The notes below the pieces were generated by a model. That model was given only the letters and a program-made list of their open reading frames with translations. It was not told the origin of the DNA and did no database searches. A stretch of DNA of 64,000 bases from Mobula hypostoma (taxonomy: Eukaryota): NCBI RefSeq assembly GCF_963921235.1, contig NC_086097.1, positions 33,296,001 to 33,360,000 on the forward strand, given 5' to 3'. This document shows positions 26,011-38,129 of this stretch, piece by piece. Within the stretch, counting starts at the first letter, position 1, and each line of letters opens with the position of its first letter. A program made the position numbers and the translations under genes.

Positions 26011-26317
26011 TACATTTTTGTCCAGATCATGTATATCACTAACAGCAGAGGTCCCAGCAATGATCCCTGCAGAACCCTCTGGTCACAGACCTCCGGTCAG
26101 ATTAATACTCTTCCACCACTATTCTCTATCATTAGAGGAGATTTAGACAGACAATTAAAAAGGCAAGTCAGAGAAGGATATGGACCCAATATTTACAAAT
26201 GGGATTAGTGTTGATGTCCAATAAGGTCAACATGGACACGGTGGGTTGAATGGTCTGTTCCTGTGCTATATGACTCTATGAAGGTGAGCTGTTAAGAGAC
26301 TGTACACCGTTAAGAGC

Positions 26318-27005
26318 AAAACCTTGGCAATGTTGATGAGCAGAGAGATCTTGGGGACCAAGTTCATAGCTCCTTGAAAATGGCTACACAGGTTGATGGG
26401 TGGCTAACAGATCATATGGCATGCTTGCCTTTATTATTAGACATTCAGTTCAAAAGTCAAGAAGTTATGTTGCAGCTGGAGTATCACATACAGTTTTGGT
26501 CTCCCCCTGATAGGAAGAATGCCGAGGCTTTGGAAAGGGTGCAGAAGAGGTTTACTGGGATGCTGCTTGGATTAGAAGGCATGTGCTATAGCGAAGGGAT
26601 GGACAAACTTGGGTTGTTTTATCTGGAGCGGCGGAGGCTGACGGGAGACCTGATAAAGGTCTATAAGATTACGAGAGACATAAATGGAGTAGACAGACAG
26701 TATCTATTTCGTAGGGCTGAAATGTCTACTATCAGAGAGCATGCATTTAAGGTGAGAAGGGATCATTTCAAAGGAGACATATGAGGCAATTTTTTTACAC
26801 AGAGAGTGGTGGGTGCCTGGAATGTGCTGCCTGGGGTGGGGGTAGAGGCAGATCTGTACATTAGATACTTTTAAGAGGCATTTAGATAGGCACATAAATG
26901 TGAGGGAAATGGTAAGTTTAGTTGGCCATTTGATTTCTAATTTAATTGGTTTGACACGACATTGTGCTTTGCTGTGCTGTGTTGTACTGTGTTCTATGTT
27001 CTATG
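26318..27005 (+). mobile_element. CR1 LINE 3' fragment
   Basis: ORF 26374..26784 ALERVQKRFTGML...GDLIKVYKI; ttctatgttctatg tail. Confidence 0.85.
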
Positions 27006-27834
27006 AATCTGAACGTTGATGGTAATGGTTGATTAGATTTCCAGCACATCACAGAAGTCATCACATTGTGATTATGCTGAACATTTCCGCACACGACTAG
27101 GACTTATTTAGGCCTGTCTAATTTACCAGAAAACAGTAATTATCAACGAGGGAGGTAATTGGAAACAGAGCAGTTTATATCTAAGGCAATTTAATATTAC
27201 ATTACTGACAACTTTCCATTATCTGTTGCAACTTTTCTCTTTCTTTTCAAACAGACGAAGTTATTGACCCAAGAATCCCACATCAGGTTTTCATTTAGGA
27301 TTTTTTTTTTGAAAAGGAAAGACATTAAACAATTAAAGAAAAAAAGTCCCATCTGTCCTTTTGCATGGAGCCTCTTGCTTAGCCAGCCAATCCAGGGTCT
27401 CCACACCCAAAATAAACACAGATAGTCTTCAGGGTGGCTCGGACGGGACTGGATGAACAGACGGTACGGTCAGCCACTGAGGATACAGCAAAGGGGGAAG
27501 AATATCTGTCCCTTTCTCTGTGTGCTACTCCACTAAAGAGTTTACACACAGAATTAGCAGCTTTTTTTGAAATAGAGAAAGGAAACAGGGGGTCTGTTAA
27601 AGTCATAAAGAATGAATCACCTCATAATTAGTTTGTTCTGGGCTTTGGCTGCTGTCGCTCTTCTCTGTGTTAACTTTGGCCTCAAACGCCCATTTGTTAT
27701 AAAAACAGAAAGAGTATAAAAAACCCTTACTGCATTCCATCCCTTTCACTAACTGACAGCAGCTCTGGCCCTCTGCCAAGCTCCTTCATGCAGTCAGCTT
27801 ATATTCCACTCAACCTGATCACGCGCCAGCTCTT

Positions 27835-28050
27835 TCAATCCCCCTCCAATCCAATCATACACCTCCTCCCATCTCCAATCTCCTTTCTTAACCCCTTCCC
27901 TTCTCCCCACTCCTCCCCAACCCCCACCCTTCTCATCCCTCCTCCTCTCCCTCCCTGCATTTTATTCCTCACTGTCCCCTCCCTTCCTCTAACCTCTTGC
28001 TTTCCTGCTTGCACTGCTTTCCCCTGCCTCCCTCCTCCTCTCTCCTCCCA
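27835..28050. repeat. Polypyrimidine/polypurine low-complexity tract
   Basis: Strongly C/T-rich on the + strand over about 215 bp. Confidence 0.7.
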
Positions 28051-28321
28051 ACTGTAGAGTCCCAACAAGTGAACAGGAAGGCGCAGAAGTTTTATTCATG
28101 GTTGCTGACACAGCATACCTGCCAGAGAGTCCAGCAACTTCAAACAACACCCGTATTCTTTGAAACTTTGAAGGGAACATCCCATGGTCTATATGCCAGC
28201 CTGTAAACCATTTCAGTATGTTTGGCATTAGAAACATAGGTTCATCCCCTCAGAATATTTTTCCCAGTCTAAGCATGCGCTCTGTTAAAATATATAATGC
28301 CTTTTCTTTCCCTTTGCTTAA

Positions 28322-29000
28322 AGCACAGGAACAGACCCTTCTAAACTAATCCCTTCTGCCTACGCAATGTCCAGATTCTTCCATTTTGTGCACATTCATG
28401 TGCCTATTTAAGAGCCTTGTGAACACCCTTCCACCACCCCCCTAGGACACACATTTCAGGCACCTACCACTTTCTGTGTAAAAATCCTGTCCTGCACACC
28501 TCCTTTGAACTTACCCCCTTTCACTTTAACTGCATGCCCTCTGTTACTAGACATAGCAACTCTGGGGAAAAAAAAGCTACTAGCTGTCTACTCAATCTAT
28601 GCCTCTCACATCTTATAAACCTCCATCAGTTCTCCCATCAGTCTTCACAATTCCAAAGAAAACAACCCAAGTTTGTCCAACCTCTGCTTATAACAATATC
28701 CTCTAATCTAGGCAGCATCCTGGTGAACCTCTTCTGCACCCTTTCCATAGCCTCTGCATCCTTCCTATAATCTCAATCTGAATCTAAATGGGTGACTCGA
28801 ACTGAATGCAGCACTCCAGATGTGGCTTCACTTGAGTTTTATAAAGCTGTAACATTACTTCTTGGACTCTTGAACTCAGTTTCTTGGGTAATAAAGGTAC
28901 ATCTTCTTTACCGCAATATCAACCCATATAGCCACTTTAAAGAAGCCGTGGACTTAGACTCCAAGATCCCTCTGCACATCAACACTGTTAGGATACTTCA
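28322..29000 (-). mobile_element. Decayed CR1 LINE 3' fragment
   Basis: Reverse complement of VQKRFTRMLP and ttttacacagaaagtggtaggtgcctg. Confidence 0.75.
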
Positions 29001-30242
29001 ATAAAATTGGTAAAAGTTGACGGGGGCATACCAAATTTCTTTAGCCTCCTGAGAAATAGCGATGCTGGTGGAATTTTTTTGGCCATCGTGTCTATGTTGT
29101 TGACCCAGAATGTTCACTCCTAGGAACTTGAGCCTCTGAACCCTCTGAACCTCAGCACCATTGATATAAATAGGAGCATGTGCAGTATCCCCTTCCTGAA
29201 GTCAATGACCAGTTCTTCTGTTTTTGTCATTTACTCATGACTCATTGTTATTTGGGATACGGCTAACCTCAGTGGTAATAATTTTAGATGGAGCTAGAGC
29301 AGAATGAGGCTCATGGCTTCTGTCTCTAGTGGTCTCAACCATTTCTTGAAATCACATATTATGAAGTGAATTGACTGGTTTATATGATGGTGGGAAGTTG
29401 AGAGATAGTTCACTGTGCAGAGTTTCTGGCTGACAATGACTTCAGTTCAAAATAAATTTATTATCAAAGTATATATATGTCACCATATACAAAGTTCAAA
29501 GTAAATTTATTATTGAAGTATATATGTGTCACCATATAAAACTCAGAGTTCATTTTCTTGCAGGCATGCTCAATAAATCCATAAGCTGGCTTCTGCCTTC
29601 ATTGAGGGTGGAAGGTTGTCTTCTCTTCTCGTTCACCACTATTTATAACGCGACACGGCAGGTTTGTGAGGCTGACCTGTTTCATTGGCTGCAGAAGAGT
29701 GTGGCTATGAGTGCTAAGTGTAGCTCGCACACTTTGTTCAGTGGTTTGGCATCATTTTCATGTTGCTTCTGGATTACTTCTCTTGGTCTCTTCTCTAGGC
29801 AACATGGCAGGAGGGGGTTCTATGTCATTCTGTCAACCCCAGCTTCTCACCCAATGAGATGAGTTCCACAAAGTGTGTGGGACTTTTGGTATTTGATGCT
29901 GATCATGGTGACGTGTCTCGTATGCATGCCAGGAAGTGAAGGGACCAGTTGGTGAGATGTGTTTTGTCCTTTCAGTCCTGTCTGCCTCTGAACCGCCTCT
30001 ATCTGTCCCTTCCTGCAGTGATCCAATGGACGTCAGGTACCCAGAGCACAGACACCAGTTCGGTGCCAGTGAGATGCCATTCCAGTGCACACTGCAACAG
30101 CTGCAGCAGCAACATCAGCACAGCCGCCAGCTGCTGGATGCCAGCCAAGCACGGCACCAGGTAAAGACCAGTGAGTCCAGTGTGTGCCCGGGTAGAGGGA
30201 GGTGGAGCTATCACCTGATCAGGGAACGAAACACTAGATACA

Positions 30243-30370
30243 CACCAATGCCCATACTGGCCACTTGGAACACCGCACTAATGCCCACATTGGATACTGC
30301 ATCAATGCCCACACTGGATGCTACACCAATGTTCACACTTGACAACAAACCACTGTCCACACAGGGCATC
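30243..30370. repeat. Degenerate 24-bp minisatellite, about 5 units
   Basis: Consensus close to (g/a)caccaatgcccacactggatact; reads as the 8-aa repeat MPTLDTAS in ORF 29936..30499. Confidence 0.75.
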
Positions 30371-30964
30371 ATCGGCTCAACACAGTCTAACAACCACCAA
30401 TACTGGGAGTGGTTACCAGTAGCTGTGGAAAATGCACACTGGGTCCATTGTAAACTGAATGATTGGGATGGCGGGAGGGGTGAGGTTGCTTTGGCATGAC
30501 CTGTCTTAAAAGGACAGAAAACCTGTCCCACCATCCCTGTCTGAACTCCTGAAATGATGTATAGACAGGTGCTTTAACATCTCTCAGACTGTAGTCAGCA
30601 ACCAAATGGGACTGTTGTATGTGTGCAGCACTACCTCACTGAGTCATCTGCAAGTGTTTCATGCAATTAATTAATCTATTGACTTACTTAACTGTTCAGA
30701 CATGAAAACTTTTCCCAATACTCAAGAGCACTATAAGGTAGCAGTACATACAGTGATTTTAGCACCTTACATACAGTATAGCAGTAAAAATATGAACCAG
30801 GGCATTACAGAAGGTTACCAGAAATCTGTCCTAATTAAATTCAATATCTGAATGTTTTTGATTAATCTCATTGAAGTTGCTGGCTCTTTCTGTGTAAGTT
30901 GTGGCCATTACAAGACTTAAATGCTACAAGAGCATGAATGGCTGTTGGATGTTCTGGGGTTTAG

Positions 30965-31218
30965 ATGTACAACTGGGACAAGGAAGGAGGAACAGCTGCA
31001 TGAAGGGAGGTTTCATCAATTGAGTCAATGTAGGTGGAAGTCATAAACAGGAATGGAGCGTTCATTCTAATGGAGTATTTTATAGACACCACCCCTCCCT
31101 GCCAATAGCGCAAAGATACCGAGGAACAGTTCGGGAAGCAGATTTTGGAAAGGTACAAAAATAATCGGGTGATTTCAACTTCCCTGGTATTGATTGGCAC
31201 CTCCTTAGTGCAAAAGCT
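30965..31218 (+). mobile_element. CR1 endonuclease fragment
   Basis: WVEV.NRNG..LMGVFYRP-like sequence with frameshifts, EEQFGKQILER and GDFNFPGIDW. Confidence 0.7.
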
Positions 31219-32915
31219 CAAAAGTTCAAAGTAAATTTATTATTAAAGTGTATATATATATGTCACCATATACAACCCTGAGATTCATTTTCTTGCGGGT
31301 GTACTCAATAAATCCATAATACAATAATAACCATAATAGAAATAATGAAAGACTGCACCAACTTGGGCATTCAACCAATCTGCAAAAGACACAAACGCTA
31401 CAAATACAAAAAAGAAAGAAAGAATAATAATAAATAAATATCAAGAACATGAGAAGAAGAATCCCTGAAAGTGAGTCTATAGCTTGTGGGAACATCTCAA
31501 TGATGGGGCAAGTGAAGTTGTGTGAAATTATCCCCCTTGGTTCAAAAGACTGATAGCTGAGGAATAATAACTGTTCCCAAACCTGGCTGTGTAAGTCCTA
31601 AGGCTGCTGTACCTTCTTCCGGATGGCAGTAGCAAGAAGAGAGCATGTCCTGGCTGGTGGGAGTCCCTGATGATCGATGCTCCTTTCTTGGGACAGTGCT
31701 TCATGTAGGTGTGCTCAATAGTGGGGAGGGCTTTACCTGTAATGGACCATGCTGTATCCACTACTTTTGGTAGGATTTTCTATTCAAGGGCACTAGGCTT
31801 TCCATACCAGACTGTGATGAAACCGGGCAATATACTCTCCACTACACATCTTCCAAAGTTTGTCAAAGTTTTAGATGTCATGCCAGATCTACTCTGACTC
31901 TGAAGTAGAGGCACTGTCGTGCTTTCTTTGTAATTGTACTTGCGTGCTGGGTCCATCAAAATGATAGCATAGAGGAATTTAAAGTTGCTAACCCTCTCCA
32001 CCTCTGATCCTCCAATGAGGGCTGGCTCATGTACCTCTGGTTTCCTCCTCCTGAAGTCAATAATCAGCTCCTTGCTCTCGCTGACATTGAGCAAAAGGTT
32101 ATTGTTATGGCACCATGCGGTGAGATTTTCAATCTCCCTCCCAAATGCTGATTTATCACCGCCTTTGATCTGGCCTACGACAGTGGTGTCATCAGCAAAT
32201 CTGAATATGGCATTGGGGCTGTGCTTATTCACACAGTCATAAGTGCGAAGAGAGTAGAGCAGAGGGCTAAGCACACACACACAGCCTTGTTGTGCACTTG
32301 TGCTGATGGAGATCTTGAAGGAAATTTTGTTGCTAATCCAAACTGACCTATGTCTGTAAGTAAGGATCCTATTGCACAAGGAGGCATTGAGGTCCTGATT
32401 AGTTTTGAGGGGATGATAGTATTGAATACTGAGTTGTAGTCAATAAAGAGCATGTATACTTCTTTGCTGTCCGGATGTTCCAGGGTTGAGTGAAGAGCCA
32501 GTGAGATGGTATCTGCTATGGACCTGTTGCTCTGGTAAGCCAACTGGAGCAGATCCAAGTCACTACTCAGGCAGGAGCTGATATGTTTTATTACCAACCT
32601 CTCAAAACACTTTATCACTGTGGATGTAAGTGCTACTGGATGATAGTCATTGTGGCAAGTTACCACGTTCTTCTTAGGCATCAATATAATTGACTACCAA
32701 AGCAAAAGATTAAAGATTTCAGTGAACGCTCCAGCCAGCTGATCAGCACAGGTATTTAGCCAGGTATCCCTTCTGGGCCAGATGCGTTTTATGATTCACA
32801 CTCCTGAAGGCTGCTTGCATGACAGCCTGAGAGTCCGATTATCACAGGATCATTGGGAGCTGTGGGAGTTCATGATGGTTCCTCCATGTCTTGATGGTTA
32901 AAGCGAGCATAGAGC
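31219..32915 (-). mobile_element. Rex1/Babar-clade LINE (family C), disrupted RT
   Basis: [65 protein letters not shown]-like motifs; (TTTGAAC)n tail. Confidence 0.9.
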
Positions 32916-33627
32916 ACTGAGGAGTGTGAAGAACAAACGGATCTGGGAATATCAGTCCATAATTCACTGAAAGTGATGTCACAGGTAGATAGGGTCATAA
33001 GGAAAGCTTTTGACACATTGGCTTTCATAAATCAAGTATTGAGTACATGAGATGGGATGTTATGTTAAAGTTGTATAAGATGTTGGTGAGGCCTAATTTG
33101 GAGTTTTGTGTGCATTTTGGTCACCTACCTTCAGGAAAGATGTAAATAAGAATGTTAGTACAGAGTAAATTTACAAGGATTTTGCCGGGACTGGAGAACC
33201 TGAGTTATAAGGGAAGATTGAATAGGTTAGGACTTTATTCCTTGGAATGTAGAAGTATGAGGGGAGATTCGATAGAGGAATACAAAATTATGAGCGTTAT
33301 AGATTGGTAAATGCAAGCTGGCTTTTTCCACTGAGGTTGGCGGGACTACAACAAGAGGTCATGTGTTAAGGGTGGAAGGTGAAAACTTTAAGAAGATCTT
33401 CTTCACTCAGAGGATGATGACAGTGTGGAATGAGCAGCCAGCGCAAGTCGTGAATGTGAGCTCGATTTCAACATTTAAGAGAAGTTTGAATAGGTACATA
33501 GATGGTAGCAGTATGGAGGGCTATGGTCCCTGTGCAGGTCAATGAGAATAGGCAGTTTAAATGGCAGCTTAGGTGGACCAAAGGGCTTGTTTCTGTGTTG
33601 TACTTTTCTATGGCTTAATGACTCTAT
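32916..33627 (+). mobile_element. CR1 LINE 3' fragment
   Basis: QVDRV, LVRPNLEFCV and FFTQRMMTVWNE motifs. Confidence 0.8.
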
Positions 33628-34027
33628 ACAGGAGGCTTAACAATTGGGAGGAACAGAGGGATCTTTGAGTCTAAGGCCCATAGATCCCTCAAAGCTGCTG
33701 CGCAAGTTGATAGGGTGATTAAGAAAGCATATAGTGTATTGACCTTAATTAGTTGGATTGAACTCAAGAGGCATAAGGTAATGTTGCAGCTCTATAAAAC
33801 TGATTAAACTACACATATAGTACAGTGTTCAGTTCTGATTGCTTCATTATAGGAAGAGTGAGCGGAAGGGCCTGCACTGTTCTATGTTCTGTGTTCCCCA
33901 GCCATTGGCACCCCCTAGGAACTCAGGCCTGGCTGTTCTCCCTCTGATGGGTTAGTGCAAGCGACTGCAGTGACCCTGTCATCTGCTGGCATCCACAACA
34001 CTACAGAAATGCACCAGGGCCAGTTTA

Positions 34028-34892
34028 ATGCAGCAGGCCAGGCAGCATCTCTAGGAAGAGGTACAGTCAACGTTTTGGGCCGAGACCCTTCGTCAGGACT
34101 AACTGAAGGAAGAGCTAGTAAGAGATTTGAAAGGGGGAGGAGGAGATCTGAAATGATAGGAGAAGACAGGAGGGGGAGGGATGGAGCCAAGAGCTGGATA
34201 GGTGATTGGCAAAGGGGATATGAGAGGATCATGGGACAGGAGGCCTAGGGAGAAAGAAAAGGGGGAGGGGGGAAACCCCAGAGGATGGGCAAGGGGCATA
34301 GTCAGAGGGACAGAGGGAGAAAAAGGAGAGAGAGAAAAAGAATGTGTATATATAAATAAATAACGGATGGGGTACGAGGGGGATGTGGGGCATTAGCGGA
34401 AGTTAGAGAAGTCAATGTTCATGCCATCAGGTTGGAGGCTACCCAGACGGAATATAAGGTATTGTTCCTCCAACCTGAGTGTGGCTTCATCTTTACAGTA
34501 GAGGAGGCCATGGATAGACATGTCAGAATGAGAATGGGACGTGGAATTAAAATGTGTGGCCACTAGGAGATCCTGCTTTCTCTGGCGGACAGACCTCCCC
34601 CTTTTCTTTCTCCCTGGGCCTCCTGTCCCATGATCCTCTCATATCCCTTTTGCCAATCAACTGTCCAGCTCTTGGCTCCATCCCTCCCCCTCCTGTCTTC
34701 TCCTATCATATCGGATCTCCCCCTCCCACTTTCAAATCTCTTACTAGCTCTTCTTTCAGTTAGTCCTGACGAAGGGTTTCGGCCCGAAACGTCGACTGTA
34801 CCTCTTCCTAGAGATGCTGCCTGGCCTGCTGCGTTCACCAGCAACTTTGATGTGTGTTGCTTGAATTTCCAGCATCTGCAGATTTCCTCATG
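34028..34892. mobile_element. PLE insertion with inverted pLTR arms
   Basis: Minus copy 34028-34593 and plus copy 34594-34892; 14-bp TSD ccagggccagttta at 34014-34027 and 34893-34906; intact hammerhead core with UUCG loop at 34762-34797. Confidence 0.9.
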
Positions 34893-35184
34893 CCAGGGCC
34901 AGTTTAGCTCAGTGGGTCTTTTTCATCCATTTTATAGCTATGACTACAGATCAGCAAGAACTTGGTAGGCTTTAAAGTTTTCATCCCTGCATGATGAGCA
35001 CTGATGCTGAATCGGGGACCTAAAAATTCTGACACAGAACCAGACCCAGTGAACTACAGCAAGAGGTTGTCTAATCCACACAGAGTATGTACTGCATTCC
35101 ACACTGGTTGTTACTGATGTTGCCACGTGCACTGTCTCTCAGTCAGTGACTGTCCATGGTGCCTGTATGAGACCAAGCCAATTT

Positions 35185-35645
35185 ATTCAGAATCAGAATC
35201 AAATTTACTGTCTTATATGATGTAAAATTTGTTATTTTGCAACAGGTGTACTGTGCAAAGATGTCATAACTCGCAAAATAAGTAAATAGTGCAAAATAAA
35301 GGAATAATGAGAAATACGTGGGCCATTCAAAAATCTGATGGCAGAGGGGAAGAAGCATTTCTTGAATTGTTGAGTTTGGGTCTTCAGGCTCCTGTATCTC
35401 CTCCCTGATGGTAGTAATGAGAAGAAGGTATGTCCTGGGTGGTGAGGGCACCATGATGGATGCTGCTTTCTTGAGACACCTCCTCTTGAAGATATCTTTG
35501 ATGGTGAGGAGGGGTTTGCCTATGATGGAGCTGGCTAAATCTACAACGCTCTGTAACCTCTTGTAATCCTGTGCATTGGAGCCTGTATATCGGGCTGTGA
35601 TGTAACCAGTCAGAATGCTCTCCACAATTCATCCACAGAAACTTA
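35185..35645 (-). mobile_element. Rex1-clade LINE 3' fragment
   Basis: ORF ESILTGYITARY...RRCLKKAASI; (CTGATT)n tail. Confidence 0.8.
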
Positions 35646-35989
35646 GAAGATTCATTACCTTAGTGTTCTCTGCGTCAGCTCGCCTGCAGCTGACATTATT
35701 AAACTGCCTCTGTTAACCTGAAGATTTGGTTATTGTTGCTTCCGTTGCTTCACTCCCTGTGGCCATGCTGTCATGTATCCTAACCAACCACCTCTGTGAA
35801 TACTGACCTACCAAGGCACCTCTCCCAACAATAGGCTTAATTTATATTCTCATTTAGGCTCCTCTGATTCTGATATTGGCCCTGCCATCAGCTAGCAAAA
35901 GACAAGATACTGCATGAACTCAGTGTGTCAGGCAGCATCTGTGGAGGCATATGGACAGTTGATGTTTTGAGTCAAGACCCATCACCTGC

Positions 35990-36160
35990 ATCTTCAGCTG
36001 CCTGGTTCCTAAATTCTGGAATTCCCTCCCTTCCTGTTTTTTTTAAGATCCACTGTAAAACCTACCTCTTCACACAAACCTTTGATCACCTCCCATAATA
36101 TCTTCTTATGTGACGAGGTCTGGGTGTTGGTGAACCATCTTGCTATGTTTGATCAAAATA
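35990..36160 (+). mobile_element. Old L2-type LINE 3' end
   Basis: cttcagctgcctgg...ctggaattccctccc...aaaacctacctctt resembles the L2 APxLWNSLP...LKTYLF terminus. Confidence 0.55.
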
Positions 36161-36171
36161 AGGTTTATTAA

Positions 36172-36777
36172 AATGCAGGTGGAGTTCAACCCAGATAAGT
36201 TTGAGGTGGTTCATTTTGGTAGGTCAAATATGATGGTAGAATATAGTATTAATGGCAAGAGTCTTGGCAGCGTGGAGGATCAGAGGGATCTTGGGGTCCA
36301 AGTCCATAGGACACTCAAAGCTGCTACACAGGTTGACTGGTGCATATGGTGCATTGGCCTTCATCAATCATGGCATTGAGTTTAAGAGCTAAGAGGTAAT
36401 GTTCCAGCTATATAGGACCCTGGTCAGACCCCGCTTGGAGTACTGTGCTTAGTTTTGGTTGCCTCACTACAGGAAGGACATGAAAACCACAGAAAGGGTG
36501 CAGAGGAGATTTACAAGGATATTGCCTGGATTGGGGAGCATGCCTTTGAGAATAGGTTGAGTGAACTCTGCCTTTTCTCCTTGGAGCAGCGGAGGATGAG
36601 AGGTGGTAGAGGCGGAAACAATAGGGTCTTTTAGGAGATCCCTGAATGGATACATGGAGCTTAGAAAAATAGAGTACTATTGGTAAGCCTAGGTAGTTCT
36701 AAGGTAAAGACATGTTCAGCACAGCTTTGTGGGCTGAAGGACTTGTATTGTGCTGAAGGTTTTCTATGTTTCTATGT
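36172..36777 (+). mobile_element. CR1 LINE 3' fragment
   Basis: QVEFNPDKFEVVHFG...DQRDLGVQVH; tttctatgtttctatg tail. Confidence 0.85.
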
Positions 36778-37067
36778 AAAACTGACAGATCTCATGAAGC
36801 TTGATGTTTTTAGCAGCAGAAAGTGCAATACATAAAAATTACTGTAAGTTACAATAAGAATATACAGAATAATAAATAAATAGTGCAAAAAGAGAGCAAA
36901 AAGAGTGAGGTAGTGTTTGTTTAGACATCTGATGGCAGAGGGAAAAAAGCTATTCCAAAATATTGTGCGTGAGTGGGCCAGTGAAGGAGTGGAGCTTTGA
37001 GGCTTGGACTCGAGCGGCTTCGACGAGAAGAGGCGGACGACAAGCTAGCTCGCAGTTAGTTTTTACA

Positions 37068-38002
37068 ATGTCTCCTGAGACGGTGATGTGCCTCTCATGT
37101 GAGATGTGGCAGTCTTGGGGGAACTCCCCTCTCCCACAGAGTCACATCTGCCAGAAGTACATACGGCTGGGCGATCTGGAAGACCGTGTAAGGAATCTGG
37201 AGCAGCAACTGGATGACCTTCGACTCGTAAGGGAGAATGAGGCAGTCATAGATGAGAGCTGCAGGGAGGTAGTCACACCAGGCTGTCGGAAGCAGGTCGT
37301 TGGGTGACAGTCAGAGGGGGGAAGTGAAGGTGAGTAGACAGGTAGTGCAGAGCACCCCTGTAGCCATTCCCCTGAATAATAAGTTTACCGTCCTGGATAC
37401 TGTTGGCGGGGACAACCGACCAGGTGTGAGCCACGGTGGCAGGGCCTCCGGCACTGAGTCTGACCCGGTGGTGCAGAAGGGTGGGACGGAGAAGAGGAGA
37501 GCTGTCGTCATTGGAGACTCTATAGTCAGGGGAGCAGACAGGAGATTTTGTGGATGTGAGAAGGACACCCGCATGGTTTGTTGCCTCCCGGGTGCCAGAG
37601 TCCGGGATGTCTCTGACAGGGTGCACGACATCCTGGTACGAGAGGGAAAGCAACCAGAAGTCATGATACATGTTGGGACCAACGACATAGGCAGGAAGAG
37701 GGATGAGATCCTGAAGTGTGAGTTTTGGGAATTAGGCAGAAGGCTGAAGAACAGGACCTCAAAGGTGCCGTTCTCAGGATTGCTGCCAGTGCTACGTGAC
37801 AGTGATGGTAAGAATTGGAGGCAGTTAAATGCGTTGCTGGGGAGTTGGTGCAGGGAGCAGGGTTTTAGATTTTTAGATCATTGGGATCTCTTCTGGGGAA
37901 GGTGGGACCTGTACAGATTGGATGGGTTGCACCTGAACTCGAGGGGGGAGCAATATCCTTGCAGGTAGGTTTGCTAGCATGGTCCGGGAGGGTTTAAACT
38001 AA
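37068..38002 (+). pseudogene. CR1 ORF1 (Zn-finger/coiled coil plus SGNH/GDSL esterase), frameshifted
   Basis: CLSC...HICQK, LEDRVRNLEQQLDDL; VVIGDSIVR, CCLPGARV, IHVGTNDIG, DGLHLN. Confidence 0.9.
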
Positions 38003-38129
38003 TTTGCGAGGGGGATGGGACCCAGAGCAATAGAGCAGTGAGAGAAGTGCATGGACTAAAGCCAGATCTAACATACAGAGAGGCTTTGAGGAAAGAGAAG
38101 CAGAATAAACGGTGTAAAGACAGTAAGGT

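Noticed and set aside
30243..30370. CRISPR-like array
   Set aside because: Units are contiguous and degenerate with no unique spacers; vertebrate context and no cas genes.
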